Part shown: positions 20,341 through 33,300 of the stretch, one piece after another
How the letters are laid out: each line of letters begins with the position of its first letter
How positions within the stretch are numbered: the first letter of the stretch is position 1
Assembly (NCBI RefSeq): GCF_002105155.1
Contig: NW_019028996.1
Location: forward strand, 558,001 to 622,000
Direction of reading: 5' to 3'
Length of the DNA: 64,000 bases
Origin: Lobosporangium transversale
Lineage: Eukaryota
Position numbers and translations under genes: made by a program
Notes under the pieces: generated by a model
The model's input: only the letters and a program-made list of their open reading frames with translations
The model's database searches: none
What the model was told of the DNA's origin: nothing

Positions 20341-21596
20341 CAGCGGTTAGCACTACAGCCGGCGAGAAGGTAAAGAACAAGATAATTATGGGACGGGGAA
20401 AAGCGCAGAGGATGAGGAGAGTTGGAACTATTCGTTTTGAATTATTAAAATACAATAGCAGGTAAGAATGTGTAGTTTTCTAACGTCACTTTTTTTTTTT
20501 TTTTTTTTTTTTTTTTTAGTCTTTGTATAGTTTTCGTTCTCGTGTCAAGTCGAAGTCAAAAAGGACGAGAGATTAGGACGAGGACGCCAGATAAGCGTCA
20601 ATGGAGGAGAGGAAGAGACTGGTATATTATTGTGGTGGTCGTGAGAGAAACAAGATAGAGGACACTTAAAAAAAAATACTCTGGGGAGGCGAGGTGTGTG
20701 ACAATGTGGCTTGGGTGTGACATGAGTACATGTCACGGGGACAGTTGCAGTCATAGTGAGTGTTCATTTGGATAACTGGATACAGATTTTTGGAATCTAA
20801 AGGATATCGTCATTTGATAGAGATTCCGCTAGATATGAATTGGGAACCTGGATACCCCAACTCAGATAGATCAACGTTGAGGTACGGTGCAGTTGTTTAT
20901 TCAGTATTATATATATATATATATGTGTCAATATAAATATAACATAGCATATTGTATGTATACATGTATACATGAAATATATATAAATATAAATTGTCAG
21001 GAATAAGAGACTAGACTCCTGCAAAAATAAAAATAAATTATTTAAATCATTGCCCTAGACTATTTTAAAACGCAGTCCGAAACTAATTCAATTGCATTTT
21101 TATTCCAGGGGGAAAAGAGAATTGAGAGCAATGGGAGATCTGCTGGACTGAGATGAACATGTAAAGGAAGTAAAGGATTCTGTCATACAATGCAAAATGT
21201 CAAAAGAACAACCTTTTTATACATATTTGGATGACATTGATGGATGATATAAATATATGATATAATGAAAATGTGGTGTTATAAACACATTATTGTTTAT
21301 TGTATATTGTATATAGTATATATATGTATATAAGCATAGCACTCTTACTCTGTTTCTCAACAAGCTGAGCTGAATATGAAGTGATTACCATATCGTTTAT
21401 GTTTGCAGAAGAGTGACGATAGAATAATGTTTAGATCATTTTGCAGTGAAATGAATATACTACGGATTCAATCCACCAGAATGCATATGCCATCCTTCCT
21501 TGGTTGAAATGAAAAGAGAAAGAAACGAATAAGGATAGGGACAGGAATAAGAAGAAGAAAACAAGGTGGAAGGAAAAGAGTCATTAACGTCCACTG

Positions 21597-21666
21597 GAAA
21601 AGGTAAAAAGGTAAAAAGGTAAAAAGTAAGTAAAAAGTAAAAAAGTAAGTAAAAAAGTAAAAAAAG
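21597..21666. repeat. Degenerate purine-rich tandem repeat (GTAAAAA-type)
   Basis: ggaaaaggtaaaaaggtaaaaaggtaaaaagtaagtaaaaagtaaaaaagtaag... upstream of the GT5-like gene. Confidence 0.7.
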
Positions 21667-21805
21667 CTATTCGTTCGTCACACATCATCGAATCCTTCTC
21701 CTTCTTTTCCTTTTCCTCTCCTTCTCCTCTTTCAAACCTTTTCTTTCCTTCCTTGCCTGACCTTGTGTGGTCCAAACAATTCTTCCTCTCTTTCTCTCTC
21801 TCTCT

Positions 21806-21842
<37 letters not shown>

Positions 21843-22072
21843 CATTCCTCATTTTTCATCATCGACTTTTTTTTTATTATTTTCCTCTCATCTAATAGAC
21901 TAGACCTGTCATTACTGCGTTCTTTTAATATTCAAAAATTTTGTCTCGATCCTCTAGACTCCTCTCTTTTCTCTTCTCTTCTCTTTATTTTTTTCCTTTT
22001 TCTTGGTCTTCACTCAAAGATCACTCGCTGATTAGAAAAGAAGCTCGATCGTTATCCTCATCATCTAAAGTC

Positions 22073-22768
22073 ATGTCCCAACGGACACAATTCTCCAACG
22101 GCAGCACCGCGCCATCACAGGAGAATGTAGCTACACAACATAATCACACCATTCATCGAAGTCCCAGTGCAGGCCTATTGAACCGCAGTAATACTGCAAG
22201 TAGGCCCGGATCTCCCTCCGCCTCAGTCTCCTTGACCATGACCCACTCTCATACCACTACCACCACAACCACCAGTAGCATCAATGGAGGATATGATTCG
22301 TCGTCCAATTCTATCGGGACAGGATCCAAGAACGAACCATACTTCCCAGGGATTTCATCCTCCTCAACTATGGATCATTCACTCTCCCTTGGCAATAACG
22401 CATACTCAAAGCGATCCAAGCTCAACAATACCATCTATTCACTCTCATCCTCATCATCGACCAAACGATGGAAATGGTGGAGCTACACAGCAGCAGTACT
22501 CTTGATCTTTGCCCTTGTTGAAGGGTTGATAGCATTGATCGGTTCCAGCGTCCTTTACTCCCTACCGGACCAGATCCAAATTGGTAAGGTTCAAATGCCA
22601 TAAAAATAGATATAGGACAAAAGAGAATTCTCTGTCAAAGAACCCAATATGATTTGAACCTGCTCAGCCCTGATAACAGCAACATTCAGCAACGGCATAG
22701 CACATCAATAACTGCAATTTAGGCAGTGTTTTTTTTTTCATTTGCTCCTTTATTCTTATCATCAAAGG

Positions 22769-22800
<32 letters not shown>

Positions 22801-25135
22801 AAACAGAACATGGCTGTGTGATAGTGATCAACAGTAGAGGAAAGGAGAAAGAGACGAAGCAGATATCAAGGGGTCGAAAAACTACTTGCTTGTTTTGTGT
22901 TGACGTAGTGAGCTATTTCCAAATCAGGAACCATAACATTTTATCCAACGAGTATTATTTTTGTGGTACACTGATGCATACACCTGAACGGGGCAATTGG
23001 ACATGGACATGGGATATATGGATATGTTCTATGCATCTGTGCATATCAAGTGGATCGGGAGGGTAGCTGGAAAGAACAATGACGGAGAAGAAAAGACAAC
23101 AATGTCCTATAGAAACTACAGCAATTAAAAGACGCCCCGACTCCTGCAACTAATACATAGTTTCAATATCCGAATATTTATAGATTCACGCGATTTCAGA
23201 AAGGTTGAATATCAGGGGTTGGCTTTAGATCCTACTGCAAGATACAAGAAACAGATCCAAGTCTATCATGTTACTAAAGAGTTTGGTCAAGCTACCATGG
23301 GCGGGCTTGGTATGGTAGTCACAGCATTAGCCTCAGCACAACAGCGGGCACGCTCTCAAAAGGTCAACGTTGTTATGCCACATTACTCCATGCTAGACTC
23401 CATCCCCGGTCTCGACATCAAACTTGCTGTCACCCTCCCTCTCGATGTCAAGGATAAACATGGACGCATTCAAAATCTTGTTTTCAGTGTTCACAAAATG
23501 AAGTTCCCAGTCCCCTTCAAGCCCAGCGACCTTGTTAACGACAAGAGACTCATCACACCCGTCACCATCTGGCTGATTGGTCCCGGCAGTGTCTATCCAT
23601 TTGACCGTGCCTTCCAAAGCAAAAACGTGCAAGAGATTTATTATAGTCCCAAAGGTCTTCCTAGCGAATGGAAGGATCTATATTTTTCCAAGGCCGTTGC
23701 TACCTTTATCCAGCACCAAAACAAGAACAACGATATCTCTCTTTTTGCAGCTGCCGCAACCCGTGTTATTGATGTTGTTCATGTTCACGGTGCCACCAAC
23801 GCACTGGCTTTACATTATCTGCAACAGCTCATCGACAGAGGCGCTATGGGAGAGGAGCCTCCAGCCTTAATTTACACCTTGCATGATTATCTGGATGAGC
23901 TGCAATATTCGAATGAGATTGTTAATGTACAGAAATTCATGTTTAAAGAAGTTCACTCTGACGATGAAGAAGAAGACATGTATTTACAGATGGAGGGCAT
24001 TTCACCTTACTGTCATGGCCATCGCATGTTCACTTCTGCTTTGGGCATTGATCTCGCAGATGCAGTCACATTCGTGTCAAAGACAATGGCCAAGGATATC
24101 GTTGAAGGAAGGCTGGATTTCTATCTGAAGGAACTTGTCCTCGGAAGTGTATTGAACCAAGCAGAGAAGAACCTCTTTGTTGGCATTACGAACGGCGTGG
24201 ATTTCAGCAGGCTCAACCCATGGACCATGCCTGTGTTGCAAGACAAGAAGCTGACGTTCCCTTCAAATGAGGTGATGGGTGCGGACGAGACCGCTATTGG
24301 AGTCAAACCCGAAGAAGCAAACACCGTTATCTCAACATCACCAAATCCAACAATCCGTTCAGCCAAGGAGGCTGCTAAACATTATTTGTATTCAAAAGGT
24401 CTTTTGACAGAGCAAGATCTTAAAAAACCACTCGTGCTCTTCATTGGCCGTTTCCAGTACAACAAGGGTCTCGAATTCTTTACTACTGCTGCGCAGACGA
24501 TCAAAGAACATGGAGGAAAGTTTGTGATTATGGGACAACCTAATAATTTCCCAGTCAAGCTTGTCAACAATCTGGAGCGTCTCTTTAAAGGAACAGTTGT
24601 GGTGATTTCAGATGCCAAAACCCAAGATGACTGGGGTATCTTCTGGCGTGTTGCCGCAGATTTCCTTTTGGTCCCTTCCTTGACTGAGAGCTTTGGCCTA
24701 GTCGCAGCAGAAGGTCTCTTATTTGGATCGACCGTCATCTCGTCCGGTGTAGGTGGTCTCTCTGAGTTTTTGGTGGATCGTCCCAACCCCAATGATATTC
24801 GGCAACAGCAGGAACTTGAGGAAGCCAAGCGTGAGCAGCAATACATTCCACTTGATCAGCAAGTTCAAGAGATACCTAGGGAAGAGAGGTTCAACAGCTA
24901 TCTCTTTGATGCCTTTGCGACGGATGCACATGCTCAGCTGACAGCAGCCATTAGCGATGCACTTAAAGATTGGAGGCGGCTTCAGCAATCGCCAGCAGAG
25001 CATGAGAAATTCTTGACAAGGCTGATGAGGAGTGCACTATCGATGGGCTGGGAACGCGCAGGTGGCCCTGTGGATCAGTACCGTGCTCTATATGAAATTG
25101 CATTGAATAACATCGGTCTAACCCAGATAGCATAA
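22073..25135 (+). CDS. Membrane-anchored GT-B glycosyltransferase of the starch/glycogen synthase (GT5)-like type
   Basis: Exon 1 22073-22583 (Ser/Thr-rich tail, KRWKWW, then one TM) splices in frame to exon 2 23184-25135. Motifs ATMGGLG, VVMPHY, DVVHVH, YTLHD, TFVS, ITNGVD, FIGRFQYNKG and PSLTESFGLVAAEGL (EX7E). Confidence 0.85.
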
Positions 25136-25159
25136 AATCCAATTGGGGTTTCATTATTA

Positions 25160-25160
25160 C

Positions 25161-25194
<34 letters not shown>
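25160..25194. repeat. (GTT)n trinucleotide microsatellite in the 3' flank of the GT5-like gene
   Basis: About 11 consecutive GTT units. Confidence 0.9.
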
Positions 25195-25482
25195 ATTCCT
25201 TTGTTTACAGCATATCAACTGAACAATCTTATATATATTTTCCTTTGTTATAATTTTTTGTTCTTTATATCATGACCATTTTTTGCACTAGACTTTTTTT
25301 TTACGGTAGAATATCAATAAATCCAAACACAGTTAACAATGACGCTACAATCCTTTATTTCCTTTCCCTCCGAACTCTTTGTTTCGGAGAGTGAGAGTTA
25401 ACAGAGGGGAAATCAATCTTTTTTAGATCCTAGTTTCCGCTTTATTTGCACTCTACCATCATTTAAACAACTTTTAACATCC

Positions 25483-26212
25483 ATGTTGGGCCGATCTCTT
25501 CTTAAGCAGGCTACTCCTGCCATTCGTTCTGTTGCCGCAAAGCGTACAATCTCATCATCGCGCATCGCCCTCTCTGATAAACTGTTTGTGGTAATTGATT
25601 AACACATACCGGATCAGTCGGACATGATGTCCGAGACGATCAACAATTCATCCCTTGGTGGATAACAAAGCCAAAAACCAAACACATATCCATCAACATT
25701 TCATTTCCTTCATTTTCCTCTTTCTCTGGGGACAACTTGTATAAACCTGAGTCTCAAGTTCACAAGATGCGTCGTCCACAAAGCAACATCCATTTTTTTT
25801 TTTTCCTATTTTCTATCTTATTACTCGAAAGCTTCTTTTTCTGATAGGCATTTCGCGCAATTGCTTTTCATAACTTTTTTTGTTTTGCGATACTCACATT
25901 ATGCTTTTCATCTGTCTTTTTTTTAAAAAAAATCTTTTTTAGCACCGCGATACCCCCGATAATAATGTCAACGTTAGATTTGAGTTCACGCCTGAAAACC
26001 TTGAGCGGGCAAAAGAGATCATGGCCAAGTATCCTCCTCAATACAAGAAGGCTGCGATCATGCCCCTTTTGGATTTGGGTCAGCGTCAGCTGGGCTGGAC
26101 TAGTTTACCTGTCATGAACGCTGTTGCAAAGATGGTCGAGGTCCCTCCTATGCGCGTCTATGAAGTGGCTACTTTTTACACCATGTACAATCGGTATGTT
26201 CTTATTTCTTTT

Positions 26213-26249
<37 letters not shown>

Positions 26250-27023
26250 AAATCTTTTATCATTGGCAGCTTTTTAATACAGGATAATCGGGACAACTTC
26301 ATCATGGAATCTGGATGTAAAAAAAATAATAGCTAAAAGAAAAAGATATTAAAGGAAAGGAGGATGGGATGGCGGGTAAATATGTTACTGAAACCCTTTC
26401 CCGCGTCAAAGGACATCATCAATGTGTCTTACTTTGAAAAGGATTATCATTCAGCATTTTGAAAACTTCTTGGATCGATTCTTTGGTCAATGTTGCATAT
26501 ACCCCTAATGGATATCTTTTATACCAGAGCCTTCTGATGCGACAGTCATTAAAACGATATGTATTTTGGGACTAATTGTTGGTATATTTTTGTCATTTAT
26601 TTGGCTTCGCTTTTTTTTTTTTTTTTTTTTTTTTTTTTTGTTAGTGAACCCGTCGGCAAATACTTTCTTCAGCTGTGCACAACTACACCCTGCCAGCTCT
26701 GCGGATCAACAGAGATTTTGAAGACGATCGAATCACATTTGGGCATTAAGGTTGGAGAGACGACCAAGGATGGTAAATTCACTCTAGTGGAAGTCGAGTG
26801 CGCTGGAGCATGTGTGAATGCACCTGTGTTGGCTGTCAATGATGACTATTATGAGGATTTGACTCCAGAGACCACTATCAAGGTTCTTGACTCTTTCAAA
26901 ACTGGCAAGCCCCTCAATGCTGGACCTCAATCCGGTCGTCACACGTGCGAACCTAAGGGAGGTCTGACCAGTCTCACTGGCGAGCCTACTGGACCTGGCT
27001 TCGGTGTTCGCCCTGATCTGTAA
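25483..27023 (+). CDS. NDUFV2: NADH:ubiquinone oxidoreductase 24-kDa subunit (complex I)
   Basis: Exons 25483-25590, 25943-26193, 26645-27023. Mitochondrial presequence, 'LFVHRDTP', 'YPPQYKKAA', '[14 protein letters not shown]', and 2Fe-2S ligands CTTTPC and CAGAC. Confidence 0.97.
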
Positions 27024-27666
27024 AAAGCATAAACAAAACAACATTTCCAGCACACCGTTTCATTCCCACCTCCCTATTCCCTTTTATCTTGTATTCTCCA
27101 TTCGCTGGCGGCATCGTTCTTTCTATCACTCGCTTCTATCACCTCTTTCTTTTCTTTTTTCTTTTTTTAACCAATTAACCAATACAGGCGATCCAATCAC
27201 ACACATTACGAAAGTGGAAATACATTTTATTTTTATGATAGATGGTTGTTAAATTAATAAATTGAAAAAAAAAAATCAATTGAGTCTAGGTCACGTGTAA
27301 TGACTTGTTTCTCTGTTTACAAATTTAAGGTTGCTTTTTTTTTTTTTTTTTGGTCTTCAAGGGGACATTACATTCATCCTTCATTACTCATTGTTCATCC
27401 TTTCTTTTCCTTTTGTCATTCTCCTTCGCGGCTGTATCTTATTTCCCACCCTAACACTGTACTGTAAGTTTTTTTTTTTTTTTTTTTTTTTTTTTTATTA
27501 TGCCATGATACCAAACGCTCCTCATTTGTTTCAGACAATTTTGCTGCTATTTTCATTTTATATTGCTGACTCGTTTTATTGTTACCATCAAAGCCTTTTT
27601 TACCCAGCCTAGCTTAGCCCGGTCCAGTTCAATCAGAAAACAAAAAATAATTAGATAATTTTAGTC

Positions 27667-28622
27667 ATGATTTCAGCATTGCAGTGGGTCCGCAGGGGTG
27701 CTGCACAATCCAGACCAGATAAATATGATTTGGACGAAAAAGAACTTAAACGTATCAATGAGTTTGCAGCCCAGCATTTGGCAGCGGCCAAGGAAGATTT
27801 GGAAGCAGCTCAAGAAGCTGAAAAAAGGTAATTGAGTGGATTTTTTTTTTTTTTTTTTTTTTTTTTGTAACTATCTTAATTCACAATTAAAATAAAGTAA
27901 ATATGAAGAAACCATGACCATACTTCTAACTGTTTTATTTTATTTTGTTTTTTATTTATTCCTATAGCGAGAATGGAATGGATGTGACAACCATCAAGGA
28001 GGCTCATCCTGAACTAGCAGAGTACAATTTGGATGACTATGATGAAGTGAAGCCTGAGGGACAAGGTAATAAATATGGATATTATGTATATATATTTGAC
28101 TGTTAAGAATGGATCTAAAAATGGCTATATAATTTCATTCATCTTTTTTATATGTATTTTACAGAGGCAACGATTTTCAGTAACTTGAACGGACTAACGT
28201 ATTATGCTTCAAATCGCGAGGATCCATATATCACGTTGAGGGATGAGGAAGATGAAGATGAGGAAGATATTTTGATTCAATCAACCGATAACTTGTTGTT
28301 AGCCGCCAAGACTGAGGACGATATTTCACATTTGGAAATCTATCTGTATGATGAATCCCAGGAAACAGGAGAAGGAGGTCACATGTATGTCCATCATGAT
28401 ATCATGCTCCCTGCTTTCCCTCTCTGCCTTGAATGGTTGGATTTCCGTGTTGGTCGTAAGAGTGCGGTCCAGGGGCCTGGAAACTATGTGGCCGTGGGAA
28501 CTTTTGATCCCGAGATTGAGATTTGGGATCTGGACACAATTGATACTATGTATCCGGATGCCATCTTGGGCGCGCAGAACAGTGGCGATAAGAAGAAGAA
28601 GAAGAATGCCAAAAAGTCCAAG

Positions 28623-28663
<41 letters not shown>

Positions 28664-28734
28664 CTTTTCAAGATTCTTCGTTTGCTTATGTTCAACACAC
28701 CAAATGTCTTTTATTTATTTATTTATTATTATTA

Positions 28735-28778
<44 letters not shown>

Positions 28779-29611
28779 AACCAAACAAGGAATATCATAC
28801 GGATGCAGTGATGGCTCTCGCTTGGAACAAACAGCATCGCAATATTTTGGCGTCAGCCTCTGCAGATACAACTGTTAAATTGTGGGATCTAACAACACAA
28901 CAGTGTGCGCATTCGTTTACACATCACACGGATAAAGTTCAAGCTTTGGCTTGGAATCCTCTCGAGTCCACAGCGTTGATCACGGGTTCCTATGACAAAA
29001 CCGTCGCAGTCTTTGATTCCAGAGCCCCTGACGCACGTGCCACATGGAGATTGAAAGCGGATGTAGAGTGCTTGCGTTGGGATCCTCATGATTCTCATTG
29101 CTACTATGTCTCAACAGATGATGGGATGGTCCAGTACTTTGATGCGCGCAACAGCGGTGCTCAACCGATCTTTAGACTTCATGCACATGATAAAGCGGTG
29201 TCAGCCATGGATGTGAACTCGACCGTTCAAGGATGTATCGTCACGGGATCAACCGAGGGTGTAGTCAAGGTTTGGGATGTGAAAGAGAACCGACCCTCGA
29301 TGGTGACGAGTCGTAATGTCAAGAGTGATCTGGGCCAGGTCTTTTCGATCACGTTCTGTCCGGATGCACCATTCAATTTGGCAATGGCTGGATCGGCGGG
29401 CAAGGTCCAAATCTGGGATATTGCAACCAATGCTGGTGTTCGGAGAGCGTTCGAGGGTCGATCGATCATTGTTGCGAATGCAAACACAGAGGAGAAGATC
29501 GTGGCCATGGCTAGTGATGATGAACCAGAGTCGGAAGAAGAAATGGACGGTGCTGATATTGATATGAATGAAGTTGCAGAGAGTGATTATGAAGAGGAGA
29601 GTGGAGATGAT

Positions 29612-29617
<6 letters not shown>
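27667..29617 (+). CDS. PWP1: Periodic tryptophan protein 1 (WD40, ribosome biogenesis)
   Basis: Exons 27667-27827, 27968-28065, 28165-28622, 28778-29617. Starts MISALQWVRRG, has 'DPYIT', 'YVHHDIMLPAFPLCLEWL', 'IEIWDLD' and 'HTDAVMALAWN..HRNILASASAD'. Confidence 0.95.
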
Positions 29618-29646
<29 letters not shown>

Positions 29647-29985
29647 GCATAGAGAGCCATACATCTGCCAATAATCCTGACAGGGGACAAAAAGAAATTC
29701 ATATTCATATTCATAATAGCATACAATATCATCATTCAAAGTTATTTTTTGTTTTCGCTTTATTACTTGCTTTCACAAAACAATAGAAAGGGTGGTGTAG
29801 ATGTACAAGTTGACTCAGTTTGAGATAGAGGAAACAAAGTAAAGAGAAACAAGAGATAATTAAAGACTGATGGGACAGACAGAAAGGAGTAGAGAGATGG
29901 AGATTGAGAGAAAGGATTGTATTTTTTTTTTTTTTTTTTTTCTTTGGTATCTACATTCAAAAGACTTTTTTTTTTTTTTTTTTTT

Positions 29986-31568
29986 TTACTTGCCATATCG
30001 CTCGCTGACATATTTCTTCAATGCATCACCTCCAGCAACCATGCAGATGGTTTGCCACATACCCAAGCCGAATCGAGGGACAGAGCCACGGTAGAAACCC
30101 TTGAGACCGTTGGTCTGCCAAATCCAGCGTGCACAGTTGGCAATGTTCATCTTCTCTGGACGCCCTGCAGTCTTGAGCTGTGATTGCATCTCCACACGAA
30201 TGACCTCAATGGGCTGGTTCCAGATGGAGAGACCACCTCCGATAGCTGATGCTGCAATCTTTTCCCAGGCATTCAAGGGTTTCGAATGATCTGTACCACG
30301 GATCTTGTGAATCGATTCCTCTGCAAGACGAGAAAGACCTAGACGCGAACCCCAGTTGGTACACTGTCTCAAAGCCACCGCATTAACTCCCTTGTTGATA
30401 CCTCGAATTCCTTCACGCTTAAAGATGTCAGCAGCGACTGCGAAGGTTGATTGCTGAGCACCTGTGCCTACAGCCTTGTGACGTGTAATCTCGACAGTCT
30501 TCATAAAAGTACAGAAACCCATGGTGGTGTAAGCCTGTGCAAGACCGCCTCCCATACCTCCTAGTAGACCAGCTGCAAAGGGTGAAATGCCCGAGGTCAG
30601 AGCTAAATATTCGATCTCACTGGCTGCAAAGATGAGGACTGCACCTTTGGTGCTGGCTTCAATCCAGGCCCAAGGGATCAATCTAAAAAGAAAAAAAAAA
30701 AAAATCAATTTTCATGATGAGATTAGTCACACAAATAATAATTACACGCAGCAGTCCACACACGACACGATAGGATTGTGTATTTCATATGATAATTGTA
30801 AATGTCCTCATTGGTCTCAATTGCTAAACAAACAAAAAGGAAAGTTGTGGAGAAAGGGTTTACACACACATTCACTGAACAATGTAGAAAAGAAAAGGAT
30901 ATGTGGATGAATGGTACAAGTTGTACAAGATTGAGCAAGACAGTTTCAACGGAGGACAACGGAACTGTTGTCAACCTGCAGTCTCTTTGCTTTTTTCCTT
31001 CTTTTCCGTGCTTTTCAAAAAGATGATTGTAAAGATATAAAGAAAAAAGAGAGATTAAAGGGCAACAGCCATACACACTCACACACGCATACATTAGTGA
31101 TAACGATAGTAACCACTGCAGTTCGCGTTACAAGAGTGAAAGAAAAGAGACGCTAAAAATGTTGTTCCTGAATAACTCTTTTTTTTTTTTTTTTTTTTTT
31201 TTTGCACATGGTGAATGGTGATGAAGCAAAACAAATGCCATTGCCTTTTTTTTTTTGTCATCCTTATACGTGCATTCCTAAAAATTGTTAAATAAATATA
31301 TATATATATAAAAAAAAAAAAAAAAAAAAAAAAGTTACCCTTGATAAAAACCCATGATGCCACCGCGTTGATAGATCTTCTTGAAAGCAGTGGCCATGTT
31401 ATCCTGACGATTGGCAGCCAAATGGGTTTTGATGACCTCGAAAGGCTGACCCAGGGTAGTAACCTCGAACATGTTCATGACAGCACCCACACCGAGGTTA
31501 GCAAAGTTAACCTTTTTCTTGGCAACAGGGCCGCCCTGAACGGTTGTAGGAGCGACGGTGACACCCAT
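29986..31568 (-). CDS. YHM2: Mitochondrial carrier, citrate/2-oxoglutarate carrier Yhm2-like
   Basis: Exons 31568-31339 and 30682-29986. 'FEVTTLGQPFEVIKT', 'GLIPWAWIEASTKGAVL', 'VALRQCTNWGSR' and 'WNQPIEVIRVEMQS' are Yhm2 signatures. Confidence 0.95.
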
Positions 31569-31948
31569 GATGACTGTTATCTTTTTATGAACAAGAAGGG
31601 GCGAAGAGTGAAAGAGAAGGAGATGAAGAAGAGTGAAAGAGAAAGAAGAAAGAGAGAAGGAGGAAAAGGATCAAAAAAAATAAAAAATTAAAAAAAGTGT
31701 CCGTGTGATAAGACTTACATGTACATGTACATGTGTTTTTTTGACTCTTCTCGGAATGTACTAAGGCAAGAATCCTGTTAGTGGCCAATTGCTCATTATC
31801 TATAGCAAATAATAGTAATAAAAAAAAAAAGACATTACAAGATGCTGGGGAACAACGTCTGGAACTTGTACTCTTATTTTGCTTTGCCCACCAAAGCAAA
31901 CCAACAAAAAAGACTCCGTTATATGATTCGTACTTGCCTGTCTAGCGG

Positions 31949-31980
<32 letters not shown>

Positions 31981-33300
31981 CATTCTACCCACCAGAATTT
32001 TATCTTTTTGGGGCATCATAAAGTCAAGTTAGAAAGAGATACAATTTACATGCACCAAATATATACCCTTCTTTTAGCTTTTAGACACTAAAACATACAT
32101 GTTTATACTATTCTTTGCGTATTTTCTTTCTTTCTAGTCCTACTTCTTTCATCTGGCGACTGAAAGAAGAAAAAAAATGAGCTGATGATTTGTTTTTTTC
32201 TCACTTGCATCGGATGATTAAAAGGTGAAAGAGACCTTTGGTCATGTAAAAACCATTAACTCCCAGCTAAGGAAATCCTCATATTAACATGACAATCCTC
32301 ACTCACTTCAACCGTCTTCTGTAGGTTGTAGGTACTTGTGTAGGAGAGTAAGATCATTGGGTTGGTATCAGTGTGTAAAATCAACTCTCAAGTGTGTCCA
32401 CAAATACAGAAGAGACACAGACCCATCAGAAGCATATTTGTGTACGCGTGTTTTTTTTTTTTTTTTTTTTTTCCTTTATTGTTTTCTTACGCGTGTTTTC
32501 TTTTTTACAGCTTTGCTTCCTTTCCCCATCATTCACCATCTCATTTCTTAAATATTCAATCAATTGTGCCGCAGCAGGTACGATTACTTGAATCTTCTAT
32601 TAGTCACATATATCACGTGGTATGAAATGCATTATGCTCTTTTTGTCTGTCCTTTTTTGTCCGTGTCCGCATTACCAGACCCGCGTGGAAATAATCTATC
32701 ATCGCATCGAATACTTCACACACACATACACACTTCAAAATTATAACAACGAGCGCATGACTTGACTTGCCACACGCATCCCTAAATTCATTACTTGCAT
32801 TGGCATCAATTATTACATTCTCTTCCCTCTCCTCCTTTCCTTCCCCTTCCTCTCTCTCTCTCTCTCTCTTTTCCTCTCTTCCTCTCACCCTCGCTCTCTT
32901 TCTCTTTCTCCCTTTCCATTATTCATTGTCACATTTCATTACTCTCTCCTCCTCTTTCTTATTCTTTGGATTCTACTACATTAAAAAAAAAGGACCTTCA
33001 GAGAGAGACGGACAGGTAAAGGATACTACCATCATATTCTGTTGGTAAAGACATGTATAATCAAGCCATTATTTCCAAACATGCTTCGTAAATAAAGATA
33101 TACATAGGTGTTTACTGGACAAACTAATGCTTCTCTGTTATCACTGTTTGGTTTTTATTTACAAGCTCAAGCCAAATCAAATCTATCTTTATCCTGGTAT
33201 TATCGGCATTATTAAACAAAGAGAGAAACAGGATAGCCACAGCGAACAATAAAAACATACGCACGTACACGTATACACAGTTACGCGTTGATAGCTCAGG

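Noticed and set aside
21584..22031. Poly-F/poly-K ORFs here and throughout the window
   Set aside because: Translations of A/T homopolymer runs in introns and intergenic DNA.
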